Below are positions 11,201 through 20,067 of a stretch of 64,000 nt of DNA, in pieces. The stretch comes from Candidatus Omnitrophota bacterium. Its GTDB lineage: Bacteria; Omnitrophota; Gorgyraeia; Zapsychrales; JAHFFX01. The stretch covers positions 6,934 through 70,933 of the forward strand of contig JAHFFY010000007.1 in the NCBI GenBank assembly GCA_023247705.1. The letters are read 5' to 3'. The first letter of the stretch is position 1; each line of letters begins with the position of its first letter. The translations under genes were made by a program, and so were the position numbers. A model generated the notes under the pieces. The model had not been told where the DNA came from. It saw nothing but the letters and a program-made list of their open reading frames with translations, and made no database searches.

Positions 11201-14200
11201 CTCTATCTCATCGTTATTCCGCACCATGACCGTGTAGGTGCCGGTTGAATCCGTGCGAAGATATTTATAGCCGTCATACATTTCCCCTGTACTTAAATCG
11301 AGCAAGGCCATATTTCCGGGTTTGAGTTGTATAAATGCCACATCGGCAAATGGATTTATACTCTCAGCGGCAGAGAAGAGATCACTATTAGCGTCATAAG
11401 GGATTTTCTTAACAACATCCCCCTTCTGGAAATCGACAATAACCAGATTATAGTCTATGCCCTGGGTTAGTTGTCGGTACATCAAATACTTGCCGCTTTG
11501 ACTAAAACGGAGTCCATGACTGCGATAAGCCCAGTCGTCACTCAAAGGGGTAATCGCATTGGGAGAAACATTAAGATCGGCTACCTTCGCAAACGAATTC
11601 AACTCATATTTCACCATGGTTTGAAGATCGATCAAGGCCGCGACATTGGCGTCCTTCCTCACGATATAAGCAAACCGCTTATCCGGAGAAATTGCGATAT
11701 CGCCGTCGTTTTTGTCGATAAATAGGGGATTCCAAGATCGCTCTGGATAGGAAATATAAATCTCATCTTGAGTGGTGATTTTATAAAAGCCGTTACTTAA
11801 CAATTCCGCGGACTCAGCATTTTTGAAAACAACTTTACCGGTCCCCGCCTCGATCAATTGATGATTGATTAAAATATATTTCTGCTTGGCGTCCCCAGGG
11901 ACCGCGGTGACGGTGCTCGGTGGGGTGAAAACAAGTCCAGGCGCCGGAGCGATTCCATCCGCTGGGACGCGAACAGGATTTTGCGAATCTTGCGGGTCAA
12001 GATAAATCACATCGCCGGTCGCGGGGTTAAGCAGGACAAAATACTTTCCATCAAAGCTCACAGGTTTATAGCTGCCTTTCTCCAATTGCGATAGCGTTGT
12101 CGGTATATTCGAACTTGAATAATTTGATACATCGCTCAGACTGAGACTTAATCCGAAAGACGTATCCAGCAAATAACGTTTGGAGGAATCCAGAATCCCC
12201 CGCATATCAATATAAAGTTGCGGGAAACTCGTCGTACCCGAATATTCCTGCCGGCTAAACCGCCCTTCCTGATACGAAGCAAATTTTTGCGAAGCTTGAT
12301 CGAAATAAGTAATATCTCCTTTAAATTTATAACTATTTTTCGTCATCGGATCAATCGCAACGGGCTGAGAAAGATCACGGGTGTCAACAACAAGATCGTA
12401 TCGGGGGTGGTGATAGATGTTTTTGGCTACTTGCAAAAGATCCAAATCAGCTAAGTTAACCTCAAAAATGTTTTCAACGGAGACAGGCGAGGTTTGGCCT
12501 AAGTTATTTACGACTCGGACTCCCTTCAATATTCCCTGGGTGTCAACACGCTCATAATAATAATCCGTATTGATCGGTTGGTATTGATAAAGTTGGCCAT
12601 CTTGATCAAAGCGAACCGGGTTGCCTGTTTCCGTCCATATCGTAAAATATTGCTGACCACCAGCATAACTTGTATCAACGATCGAAATTTTTCCACCCAC
12701 CTTGGTGGAATCAATAATTTCAAATCCATGATGAACATAAACTTCCATCTCGCCATTATGCTTGATCATCGCGGTGTAAGTTCCGGTCGAATCGGTGTGC
12801 AGATATTGATAGGCCGTTGTGTTGTTATTAAACAGTTTGGATTCAATGACACTACCGTTTAAAAAATCGCCGGTAAATATGGCCCCATCGGTCAAATCCA
12901 CCAGACTCATCGTTTGATTCTGATGAAAATAAACGAAGGCCACATTGGCGAAGGGATTCATATCATATTCAATATTAACTGAATCCGTGATTCCTTGCGG
13001 TAATTTTCGCACGATCTTGCGCGGATCCGGACTCTCCAGATCCACGATGACAAACGACAACTCATTTGAAGCAGAGATTTCGCGGTACATCAAATATCTT
13101 CCGTCATGGCTAAATCGCAAATCTCGATTTTTGGTGTTCTGAATGTCGGCGGTAAAATTTGGAAGAACGTCCTCCGGGAGAAAACCGGTGATGTCCATAA
13201 AATTATTTTTCAACAAAAATCTGGCGCCGGTCTCGACATTAACGATACTGTCGGTTAAACCGGCGGTTCTTTCCTCGATAAAAGCATATTTCTTATTGGG
13301 CGACGACATAATCTTTCCCTGGGCGTTGGAAGTTGACAACAAAACGACGATGTTGGTGCCTTCCAGATGGACAACTTCCTGTAAAATATTCTGAGAATCC
13401 TCATCGGGGGTTAAGGGTGATTCGGCCTTGGCTTCGGCAGTGTTCTTGATGCTGCGCGTGAGGAGATAACTGTTCCCTCCCAGATGTTCGAACTCTGTGA
13501 CACCGCTTAAAATTTCCGCTGTCGATCCCACCGGTTTCAAAACGCCGTTCACCACCACATGCTTCAGGCTGGCGTTGGTCGGGGCAAAAACAGTTGCCGT
13601 CGGTTGACTTTGCGCGGCCTGAGATTGGCCCGGACGGATCGGATGTTCAGGATCGTCCGGACTCACATAAACGACCTCTTTCGAGGCAGGATTAACAAAA
13701 ACAAAATACTGACCGTCCCAAAAAACATTCGTAAATTCCGTTGAAGAGACACTGGCAAGGATCGTCTCAATAGGAATATCTTTTTCAAAATTATAAAAAA
13801 CGTAATTGGAATTGGAATCCAATACGACAACCAGTCCATTTAACGAACGGGTCGGATCACTTTTACCTTTGGCCACGACCTTCCCTTGTTCAATACGGTC
13901 ACCTGTGTTCAATCTTCTGACGAGATTATTATTCCCATCGATAAATATCAACGATTCACGTCGGAAGAAATGAACAACCTCGTTACCGGACTCAAACGGA
14001 TATTTTATTCCGCTTAAAGCGTCAATCGCCTCCGGATGACTCGGACCAACTAGATTCATAAAATATTCAAGACCGGGCTGTTTAAAGATCAAATTATTCT
14101 GCTCAGGGCTAAAATTCGAAAAATCAAAAGAATTCCAACTCGGGAGCATACCGGGAAGCCCCGGAGAGAATAAAGTAAGTTGATTCCCGTCAAACGTTTC

Positions 14201-17200
14201 TCTGAACTTGTCTTTTAATTTATCCGGATCAACGACACCGGTGACGTCCTGTCCGTCCTGGTCCAAAAAGAGGATTTGTTCCGTTCCCGCTTTATTCACC
14301 CGGACTTCATAATAGGCATCGCCTTCAGACCAAACGGTCGACACCGACTGAATCAAATTGACGTTTAATTGAGAGGCATTGACCATGTTCCCATTGTGAT
14401 GGAAATAAATCACGAATGTACTGGCGATATTTCTAAACGCCGTATAAGTCCCGGAAGAATCGCTGCGAAAAGCCAAGCGCGCTTGATCCGGGATAAACTT
14501 GCCCGCAGCCAGACTAAAAAAATCGATCTCATCATCACCTTTTACTTGAAGAGCAACGATATCGCCAAAATTAGAGAGAGTCAATTCCATTTCTTCTCCT
14601 GGAAGGATAGGATGTTGAATGATAGGCTTTTTCTTTTCTAAATCGATCGCGACAAAGGTCTCCTCATTCGTCTTATTATTTTTTACCACATAGACAAGAT
14701 ACTTACCATCGGCCGTAAATTGGAGGTTGGACATCTTGATCTCCGGAGGAACAACCGGTGCCTGAAACTGCATTTTATACGCCTGAGTTATTACCGCAGG
14801 CACCTCAAAAAAATTTGCTCCTAAGATAAACCGTGAACCATTTTCCAAGTTGAAAATTTCATCAACATCTCCATTGCGTGAGATATAAACGAATTTTTCA
14901 TCCGGTGACATACGCAGCCGCGCTTTGAATTGGTTGGCGTAGTAGACCTCTTCGGGTTTCGATCCTTCTTGCAATCTGATCAATTTATAATAATTGATGT
15001 TTGCGATGTCCTCTATAATTTCGTAATAACCATTCCTCAGAGCCCTTAAGGCCAGAATATTGCCGGCGAACGGGACCTTTTTCCCGGTGGCAATTTCAAA
15101 AATACTCCCCTGGGACAGGATGTGCCGTTGATTGGCATTTTGTGGCACAGCAACAGAACCCATCGCTCTTTTAGATTGAGCGAGCGTCGGCGTACGAACA
15201 ATGGCCGAATTAAATTCATTCACCGCGTCCGAGTCCGGTTGACCGGCGCTTCGTTTAATCTCCTCGATCTCCTCGATCTCCATTTGTTTTGGAACCGCGG
15301 CCGTTTCGTAACCGGTGGTGGTCTCTTCGCCGGTGATGATGTTCAGCAATTCCGTCAGCTTCGCGAATTCTCTCTTTTCGTTGTCATTCAATCCTTCATA
15401 GATTCTCTTGGCGGCCAATTCCTGCAATCTTTTTCCCCACCGCTGGGGAATGGCCGTAAAGCGGTCGGTTTTAATGATCGGGAGCCGATCTTCTTCCGTC
15501 CAGGTATGCCAGTCCGGATGAAACGTTTCAACCCCGCGTAAACTTTCTTGGGTGAACGGAACAACGATCAACGGCAAACGTTTTTGCGCCCCCACGGTGA
15601 CACCTTGAATAATCTCTCCCCCCAGACGTCTTAAACTTGAAACACCTGACCAGTCAAACAAATCCTGATGAAGATAAATGACCTTCTTGCCTTCGGGAAC
15701 AGCCAGCTTCTGAAATTTCCTTTCGTGAGGAAGGATGACTCCGTTATTAGCTTCCACCCGTTCAATGACCGGAGACAAAACTTCCTTGGCCTTCGTTTTG
15801 CTGCTGGCGATCACCCATTCATAATTTGGATTTCCCGTTCCTAATTGCTCCAGCCCAACGATCAAAGTATTGACATAAGCAATTTTTTGGATATCGGTCA
15901 AACTGACGTTGGCAATGATTTTGGTGAAAACATGGTCGATGGCGGATTGAAAAGTTTGCAACGCCCCATCCTTGGAGAAATCGACCTGGATGCGGACATC
16001 CTTGCGTTTCTCGGAGACTTCCATTAACCGGCCGAATTCGACCATCAATCCTCCCTCCACCGTGGAAGAATCAATAATAGACGGCGGAATCTCAACCGCC
16101 AAAATCACCTCTTCGTTTCTGGCAAAAGAAACACGGTGCGGCAAAGACGGGACATGGACCATTTTGACTTTATTGTTCAGTTCTTCGATCTTATCTTCTT
16201 TGGATAACACTTCGGCAAGTTTATCTCCTTCTTTCGGGACAAACATACGGCTGACGGTCTGTTCGTTCATCCCTGTCCCATTATCAATAATGGTCACTGC
16301 ATGAGCACTGAAAGCAATATGAATATCGCCGCGTTCAACAGAAACCGGCAATGGATTTCCGACGATCAATCGTTTATCTTCCACCCCATTGACATGAACA
16401 GGGGCTTCATCTTCAATCTGAGTTGTAATATTCGCAAACCAAACATACGCAAACCGGCGATGAATATCTTCCACCATGGATTCTTGACTATTCTGGAATT
16501 GGGCCTCCCCTTCCGCCTTGGTTCGCAGGATCGGGGTCTTCACTTTAATCTGCACAACCGTCCCCTGGTTCGAGACTGGAGGGAATCCTAAAACCTGTTC
16601 AAACTCTTGCGGGGACTCCAACTGCACGATCTGAATATAGGCTTGCCCATTCGTGTCTTTAAGGATCGTGAGATGATACCAATCCCCTTTTAGGCTGTTA
16701 GCCTGACGGGTCACAATATCAATCCGGTCGCCTCCCGTTGATTCAAGCCAGTCGATAATCTGTTTCACACCCATCCCAAATTGTCCGATCTTAAAATCGC
16801 TTAACCCTAACCGCTCAAGAATGGCATCGAAACTGTTTGAAACAGCCTCGTTGATCCCTTGCGCACGGGGATTAGGATGCTGGCCAACAATGGTGACGTC
16901 TAATCTGGGATCAGTGTAAGTGCTCCGACCATCGGGAAGAGTGTTAATCATATCGATAATCTCTCGCTGGTAATTGCCGCGCACCAAAGCCCTATAGATT
17001 TCCCGATAAGCTTCTTCGGTCGTAAGATTCTGATTAAGATTTAGATTTTTAAGAAGATTCGATAAAATCTGCGGGGCCAGACGGCCTTCTGCCAAACGGG
17101 CCTGCGCGTGCACAAAATGTTCCAGATCGACGCCGCGGAAATTTTGAGAAGGATCAATGTATTCAAATGCGTTGAAACCTTTTCTGATCCGCTCCGAATC

Positions 17201-18925
17201 AGATGCCGATGGCAACCAGGTCGGCTGAGTGATTCCGGCGAACCTTGGGTCAACCGTGGGCACTGGTGGTTTTCTTACTCTCGACCAATTGCGCACATTA
17301 AATCTAGCCAACAATCTTCGGACGCCGATCGATAACTTTCCGGGCAATTCAGATAGCTTACTTGAAAAAAGCATCGCCTTGTCACCATCAACGGACGTCA
17401 ATTGATCTTTCCCCTCGGGATTCTCAGTCAACTTCTGTACGTCCGATCCGCTGATCGACTCAACCGGGACCGGCCTGTCCCAGGTTGTTCCATCCCAGGG
17501 AAGGACATTGCCATCGTCATCATATTCCATAACCGGCTGGACGGTCTCAAGCGACGCTTCGCTCAAAGATTCCCAGGCCGTCTTGATCTCGGGGGAAGAA
17601 TGGTTCAATTCCTGCGCAAGACGATCGAAATCAACCGCGAACGCCTCGCCTAAATTATGCTGTTCGATCCAATGTTTTAGTTGATCCTCTAATAATTCTT
17701 GAGGAGACTCGCTGATCTGAACTTGCGGGTTCGGAGATTGAAAATCCGTTAAAAGATATTCCATGTTCTCCTGGGTCCAGGGGACAAAACCCTCCGGGAG
17801 TGCGGTTCTCCTCGTCAACAGCGTTTGGATGACCGGGCCGTCGAACCCTCCCGAAAAATATTTCCGCGGAATCGTCTCTTTCATCTGGGTATCAAAATCT
17901 TCTTTGATGTAGTTGTAAACTCCCATCTTGAAGGCGTCGATATACTGCTGGTAAATCTTCTCTTTGACTTGCGGATCGTCGGCATTGACGCCGTTGATCT
18001 TCTTTTGATTGGAATAGACTTTATTCAAAAAATTATTCTGTAACGCCTGCTTGTACCAAACAGCCAGGATCATCGAATTGTAAATCTGGCGCAACTGTGC
18101 GAAATTTTTGTTTTCGTTCACCTCGCGCTCGATCTCGGGAATTAAAATATTTTTGGCGATCTGCGATGATAAATTACTGATTTGCTCGACATCCCCCTCG
18201 TTCTGCTGTTGAGTTCCCAATTGTTCGTTGCTCAAATTTTTCTTACGCGAGAGATAATCTTCCTCCAGCATCACGCTTAAATGACTTTCGATGACGAAGG
18301 CTTTCCCCTTATTTTCATAAACAACGGCTTTATCAGGCACAATCCAAACCTTGTTAAACGTATTCAAGGGAATATTTGTCGTCCCATACAACTCATAGGC
18401 TTTTTGATACACCTGATCCCAGAATCTTTTTCCGAGGCCGGTCTCCGGATAAGTCAATGAAGACATCAATTGTTTCAGGATATAATCCTGGGCCAAAAGA
18501 TCTCGCCCCATCTCCGTTTGACCGAAAGCGTCCGGAACGATCCGGTCTTTTTCATACGGAGATAGATTCACCCAAAGATCATCTTCGGGGATCGCCAAGG
18601 TGGCGAGAAAATATTTTATCAATTTTTCGTATTCCGCTTTTAACTCTTTTTTGGGAGAAGTTGTCTGCCCGCGGTCAACGATGAAATCAAATCTCAGAGG
18701 ATTTTCGGGATGAAGAGCCAGACCTCTTAGAATCGGGGGATTAAAAGCGGTCGTTGGAGCGACCATCGTCCCGGGTTTGGGTAGATCAAGATTGGGCTGA
18801 GCGTAAACAACAGCAGAATAATTGAGGATGGGAAAAAGACTTAATCCGACGAAACACAAAAACAAATAAAGCGTGATCCATCGAACCCAGGGACTTCTTC
18901 TATGCTGGACAAAAGAGATAAACAT
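5264..18925 (-). CDS. giant multidomain protein (4553 aa): N-terminal membrane anchor, GHKL-type ATPase signatures, four tandem ~530-aa super-repeats, C-terminal HExxH module
   Basis: uninterrupted 13,662-nt ORF with TAA stop; N-terminal hydrophobic segment WITLYLFLCFVGLSLFPIL; motif ELTQNSKDA...IADDGTGL...GFFGTGGLT at aa ~3817-3888; EAVSNSFDA and IIDNGTGMN at aa ~693-886; repeated modules FSxDGxYLxY...[ST]GTYT and [FW]DGxYFxLxNPxTG; HELAH at aa 4349-4353. Confidence 0.85.
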   Translation of the reverse strand: MFISFVQHRRSPWVRWITLYLFLCFVGLSLFPILNYSAVVYAQPNLDLPKPGTMVAPTTAFNPPILRGLALHPENPLRFDFIVDRGQTTSPKKELKAEYEKLIKYFLATLAIPEDDLWVNLSPYEKDRIVPDAFGQTEMGRDLLAQDYILKQLMSSLTYPETGLGKRFWDQVYQKAYELYGTTNIPLNTFNKVWIVPDKAVVYENKGKAFVIESHLSVMLEEDYLSRKKNLSNEQLGTQQQNEGDVEQISNLSSQIAKNILIPEIEREVNENKNFAQLRQIYNSMILAVWYKQALQNNFLNKVYSNQKKINGVNADDPQVKEKIYQQYIDAFKMGVYNYIKEDFDTQMKETIPRKYFSGGFDGPVIQTLLTRRTALPEGFVPWTQENMEYLLTDFQSPNPQVQISESPQELLEDQLKHWIEQHNLGEAFAVDFDRLAQELNHSSPEIKTAWESLSEASLETVQPVMEYDDDGNVLPWDGTTWDRPVPVESISGSDVQKLTENPEGKDQLTSVDGDKAMLFSSKLSELPGKLSIGVRRLLARFNVRNWSRVRKPPVPTVDPRFAGITQPTWLPSASDSERIRKGFNAFEYIDPSQNFRGVDLEHFVHAQARLAEGRLAPQILSNLLKNLNLNQNLTTEEAYREIYRALVRGNYQREIIDMINTLPDGRSTYTDPRLDVTIVGQHPNPRAQGINEAVSNSFDAILERLGLSDFKIGQFGMGVKQIIDWLESTGGDRIDIVTRQANSLKGDWYHLTILKDTNGQAYIQIVQLESPQEFEQVLGFPPVSNQGTVVQIKVKTPILRTKAEGEAQFQNSQESMVEDIHRRFAYVWFANITTQIEDEAPVHVNGVEDKRLIVGNPLPVSVERGDIHIAFSAHAVTIIDNGTGMNEQTVSRMFVPKEGDKLAEVLSKEDKIEELNNKVKMVHVPSLPHRVSFARNEEVILAVEIPPSIIDSSTVEGGLMVEFGRLMEVSEKRKDVRIQVDFSKDGALQTFQSAIDHVFTKIIANVSLTDIQKIAYVNTLIVGLEQLGTGNPNYEWVIASSKTKAKEVLSPVIERVEANNGVILPHERKFQKLAVPEGKKVIYLHQDLFDWSGVSSLRRLGGEIIQGVTVGAQKRLPLIVVPFTQESLRGVETFHPDWHTWTEEDRLPIIKTDRFTAIPQRWGKRLQELAAKRIYEGLNDNEKREFAKLTELLNIITGEETTTGYETAAVPKQMEIEEIEEIKRSAGQPDSDAVNEFNSAIVRTPTLAQSKRAMGSVAVPQNANQRHILSQGSIFEIATGKKVPFAGNILALRALRNGYYEIIEDIANINYYKLIRLQEGSKPEEVYYANQFKARLRMSPDEKFVYISRNGDVDEIFNLENGSRFILGANFFEVPAVITQAYKMQFQAPVVPPEIKMSNLQFTADGKYLVYVVKNNKTNEETFVAIDLEKKKPIIQHPILPGEEMELTLSNFGDIVALQVKGDDEIDFFSLAAGKFIPDQARLAFRSDSSGTYTAFRNIASTFVIYFHHNGNMVNASQLNVNLIQSVSTVWSEGDAYYEVRVNKAGTEQILFLDQDGQDVTGVVDPDKLKDKFRETFDGNQLTLFSPGLPGMLPSWNSFDFSNFSPEQNNLIFKQPGLEYFMNLVGPSHPEAIDALSGIKYPFESGNEVVHFFRRESLIFIDGNNNLVRRLNTGDRIEQGKVVAKGKSDPTRSLNGLVVVLDSNSNYVFYNFEKDIPIETILASVSSTEFTNVFWDGQYFVFVNPASKEVVYVSPDDPEHPIRPGQSQAAQSQPTATVFAPTNASLKHVVVNGVLKPVGSTAEILSGVTEFEHLGGNSYLLTRSIKNTAEAKAESPLTPDEDSQNILQEVVHLEGTNIVVLLSTSNAQGKIMSSPNKKYAFIEERTAGLTDSIVNVETGARFLLKNNFMDITGFLPEDVLPNFTADIQNTKNRDLRFSHDGRYLMYREISASNELSFVIVDLESPDPRKIVRKLPQGITDSVNIEYDMNPFANVAFVYFHQNQTMSLVDLTDGAIFTGDFLNGSVIESKLFNNNTTAYQYLHTDSTGTYTAMIKHNGEMEVYVHHGFEIIDSTKVGGKISIVDTSYAGGQQYFTIWTETGNPVRFDQDGQLYQYQPINTDYYYERVDTQGILKGVRVVNNLGQTSPVSVENIFEVNLADLDLLQVAKNIYHHPRYDLVVDTRDLSQPVAIDPMTKNSYKFKGDITYFDQASQKFASYQEGRFSRQEYSGTTSFPQLYIDMRGILDSSKRYLLDTSFGLSLSLSDVSNYSSSNIPTTLSQLEKGSYKPVSFDGKYFVLLNPATGDVIYLDPQDSQNPVRVPADGIAPAPGLVFTPPSTVTAVPGDAKQKYILINHQLIEAGTGKVVFKNAESAELLSNGFYKITTQDEIYISYPERSWNPLFIDKNDGDIAISPDKRFAYIVRKDANVAALIDLQTMVKYELNSFAKVADLNVSPNAITPLSDDWAYRSHGLRFSQSGKYLMYRQLTQGIDYNLVIVDFQKGDVVKKIPYDANSDLFSAAESINPFADVAFIQLKPGNMALLDLSTGEMYDGYKYLRTDSTGTYTVMVRNNDEIEIFFHKSKEVKKRADYGVRIAEISTIYKGDEVYFRLTSDSGDLYELDQDGNLTPWQKSLTGIHLEYYTAFGITLGGINGQVGADPNQQIFPPLFLDFVNASPLQHLNQRGIYFDRTLGLIIDHRYPNNSNAIDPVNGYAFTVSVSDEIAGYNANPGLIVFRTPKGEVVQQGWFNGHPTVATIIQGAIDAVPATYRVIHDTSVGTYNFQSLAQLNDIKMIPGVSPDIYTQILFDGTYFLLINPQTGDLYYVNPSAPENPIFVKAGSGATQIFPTMQLTLDDVKPNDAPYRWTIEWDDQGIPALKDNQGNLTARHPDIVNYVRLNSDTFLAYDQNGQVIEIIRMADPVLARYDLKSLNQTLLTYNDHLAVLTDGVHQFVVDLLTLKRINAIDSDANRYPNLKAGEPNSQEIHLSPSGRFTVHRTETGQLVYYDHDDPHPTPKIILTDLINKEYTVLDNADVVVIKTNAGYSLLNLFTKDYVGWGDTKHVEVDSSGTILVGKVETPSSGNLVPSLYVVNLKDNQQANIFVNLNEVRISSDQKYIYVMVASGLIHSFDRKTGKALPSLPVAPEDLPRYWENYDTQQKTIWDRTSQGVPATWPAGMRDSLKYDDETPFNKGRDSIRLSGTDVMVFNRFDSGNGRSLMSGAGIYDLKTGNDFMGSTLLESIPEHSAVSSLKGGNVRYFNSKEGISKVKVGNQAFDFDPHLTFVNQSKTYLLGQQIFTIQGTGGGPIKGFWMLIDSAEKQYPLLGGIPAGFAVVDVNGDYFVLHNADTGETKYFDPKTIVNAKVTQGIPAQQDAGTRVKWNQEVVTRREAWVKRVQSIYQPILELINSGYGEYNARGEINRRLAPLFDELYRAQLREVRARFERAVREGKDFDATASLPFDRFAGRMARLKIFLDGFLNNTTIRDFIRKEEYSYQRDFYVNLFSGLFELAVHWDLSFETVMEKLVKDSELGEEVLYRYLFELLGYGFKVGSQEQLSLIPKFGELIDRLNQITNKQMKLVDLKKILDFLFFVADKGPQNIETMNKQLDKILRARPQTMERFLAKWLTSFASVELADLTDFINHPDSTRALGDARSFASFLTSDGDQVREESSEEKAMFLPEGEDVDLERGGTSLARIAEEEERRPKDDQYGNIVKKSFSKIGVEDVDGLWQDLVARGYIDETQSKVIKKLEKESDVVLQYRFMPYQSAVYRVLQEARKIVMDVDYFIEHRHQLPGAPQNAQMDLVRDSKVQRESGAYTAELTQNSKDARASKLEISYYLRTNQETGKREFVEEIADDGTGLLQEFAMWVARKSTKEFGAQQGTTGFFGTGGLTTFEGVDRLELINNNGIRRYMFVVDVIKDENGNFIDFKLVRMRKITNPNIREGVTVRRVKAEENTIPELDQMLSQRTWKIFTGLAQTDDFKIYFVNYTDNVRRLRQLNVDSKVVSEIDFTIPRFGDAQMTTFGQFRLIATKDMPLQVVDRVGLRVSEIPEPYLKLVPPGLRRHIKELGLNLQIPLPMIRGRSDFEHGDTYYLPYVQKYVAIELFKLIAQKTLSETDPQFTFLNFPTEWRSNDHYWKSIDFNDAPVVRLAQRINDGQYNEITPQELLNLISSQPGLDYEKKVLKLILMLKAPVQGKTTSLLLERIAIQEELDRNRQGRDLARRNIEMLEDIGLRVNRADIPDVRTIAGYQEILRQASGIETGHEQMKNPAAYLVNPDEYTNLEKELIASALQPGKLVGIERVLLTDNRVFFEGAFSTYENRKTMFLRRGLASHIGRSDPRLSILDEATNTIDHELAHLLEQYMVDFFVSSDLWTTGLPVHLSNFTHDRVGTFAESMKYMAAIWLTNSSDWEEEAYQGADRALLKSSDDLNERFLTNLEMQLPLANVAGRMPVHAISQAAKSIGLDHRPDQRGSIMDMAGQNKRSPPGGIDLNPAHFNLQVQGQGTDGAAVPNEQNLEIIPINGLTPVILQITPVTDLPFLLGLSQPAREQLSYSAR

Positions 18926-19103
18926 GGCAGTAAAATTTTTATTTTATTAGTATCAATACTATGATTAAAGTATACCATCTTAATAATTTACAGATATGGG
19001 TTTTATTTTATTGAAAGATGGAAAATCTCAAAACGGCAGGTTGACATGATCGTCAAAAAAAGAGGGTATTTCGAGAGGCCATCACCAGTTTACCGCACAA
19101 CTT

Positions 19104-19142
19104 CAAAAAAATAAGGCCATCCTTTTTAACTCAAATGGCCTT
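19104..19142 (-). terminator. intrinsic terminator ending the copper-handling operon, upstream of the giant-ORF promoter region
   Basis: AAGGCCAT-loop-ATGGCCTT stem (19113-19142) followed on the minus strand by ATTTTTTTG. Confidence 0.5.
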
Positions 19143-19173
19143 ATCGTCACCAACCTTTGTTCCATACATCAAG

Positions 19174-19596
19174 TCAATGATGGCTGTCATGCTTAGATTC
19201 TTCCGACAGATCATCCCAATCGTCTTCATCGGGCTCTGGTCTAGGACCTTTCATTCCCTCTCCCCGCATCCCTTTGCCCATCATCTCCTGCATCTTTTCC
19301 ATGTCCATTTTGATCTCCACTTCCTTGATAACATTCAGATCTTTGTCGTATTTGGTCAATTTATTACCGGCCAAGACGACAATACCACCGTCAGAGGTCG
19401 TCACCATTGACTTTGGCATCATGGCACTCATCATCAGATGTCGTCTCATCATTTTATCTCTTATCTTACCCGACTGATCTCCCTCCATCCTCATATCTTT
19501 TTTTTCCATCATCGGGGGGTTCTTCTCCTCTGCCGATGCCAAAGATAAAGAAAAGACTCCAACGATCACAACCGCTAACCATAGTGCTCTCTTCAT
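19174..19596 (-). CDS. periplasmic Met/His-rich protein, putative Cu(I)-binding
   Basis: 140 aa; signal peptide; multiple MxxM / MM motifs (MMEKKDMRMEG, MMRRHLMMSAMMPKSM, MDMEKMQEMMGKGM) and C-terminal HDSHH; TGA stop. Confidence 0.5.
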   Translation of the reverse strand: MKRALWLAVVIVGVFSLSLASAEEKNPPMMEKKDMRMEGDQSGKIRDKMMRRHLMMSAMMPKSMVTTSDGGIVVLAGNKLTKYDKDLNVIKEVEIKMDMEKMQEMMGKGMRGEGMKGPRPEPDEDDWDDLSEESKHDSHH

Positions 19597-19629
19597 GATT
19601 TCCTCCTCTAAAAATTCTATTTAATCCTT

Positions 19630-20067
19630 TTACCCCTCGACACCAACTCCATATTCATACACCATTTCTCCGCCGTAATAAGCAGCGGTCGATACAAAAA
19701 TGGCTGTGATAAAAACGACAGCCAAGAAGGCGAATCTAAAAATGACAGGTTTTTTTCTTTGAATGATTTTAAGGATCACAAAACTGATCCCCGATCCATA
19801 CATCGTCAAGAAGGCGAACCTTTGGTGCAAATCCAGAACCGGATGATGTAATTTTAAATGGTTTGCTTCGTTCAAGCCTGTTAAGACGACAAACGGGGTG
19901 AGCATGACGGCTAAGACATAAAGATGCCAAGCACTCCGGTGCATAGAATCGTTTTTAAAAATCAAACTCAATGCTTCAATCCCGACCGCGCTCAAAAACA
20001 GCGCGATCGGGAAATGAACGACTTTAGGATGCAACAAATGCAAGTCCCAATGGGAAAGAAATCCCAT
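19630..20067 (-). CDS. DUF2231-like membrane protein (HPxxVHFPIAL signature)
   Basis: 145 aa, about 4 TM segments, motif HPKVVHFPIALFL; start overlaps the upstream stop (TAATG), indicating translational coupling. Confidence 0.5.
   Translation of the reverse strand: MGFLSHWDLHLLHPKVVHFPIALFLSAVGIEALSLIFKNDSMHRSAWHLYVLAVMLTPFVVLTGLNEANHLKLHHPVLDLHQRFAFLTMYGSGISFVILKIIQRKKPVIFRFAFLAVVFITAIFVSTAAYYGGEMVYEYGVGVEG

Noticed and set aside
5393-18684. Many 60-180-aa plus-strand ORFs inside the giant gene
   Set aside because: They are antisense to a continuous, protein-like 4553-aa frame. Such ORFs are expected by chance in a 13.7-kb coding region.
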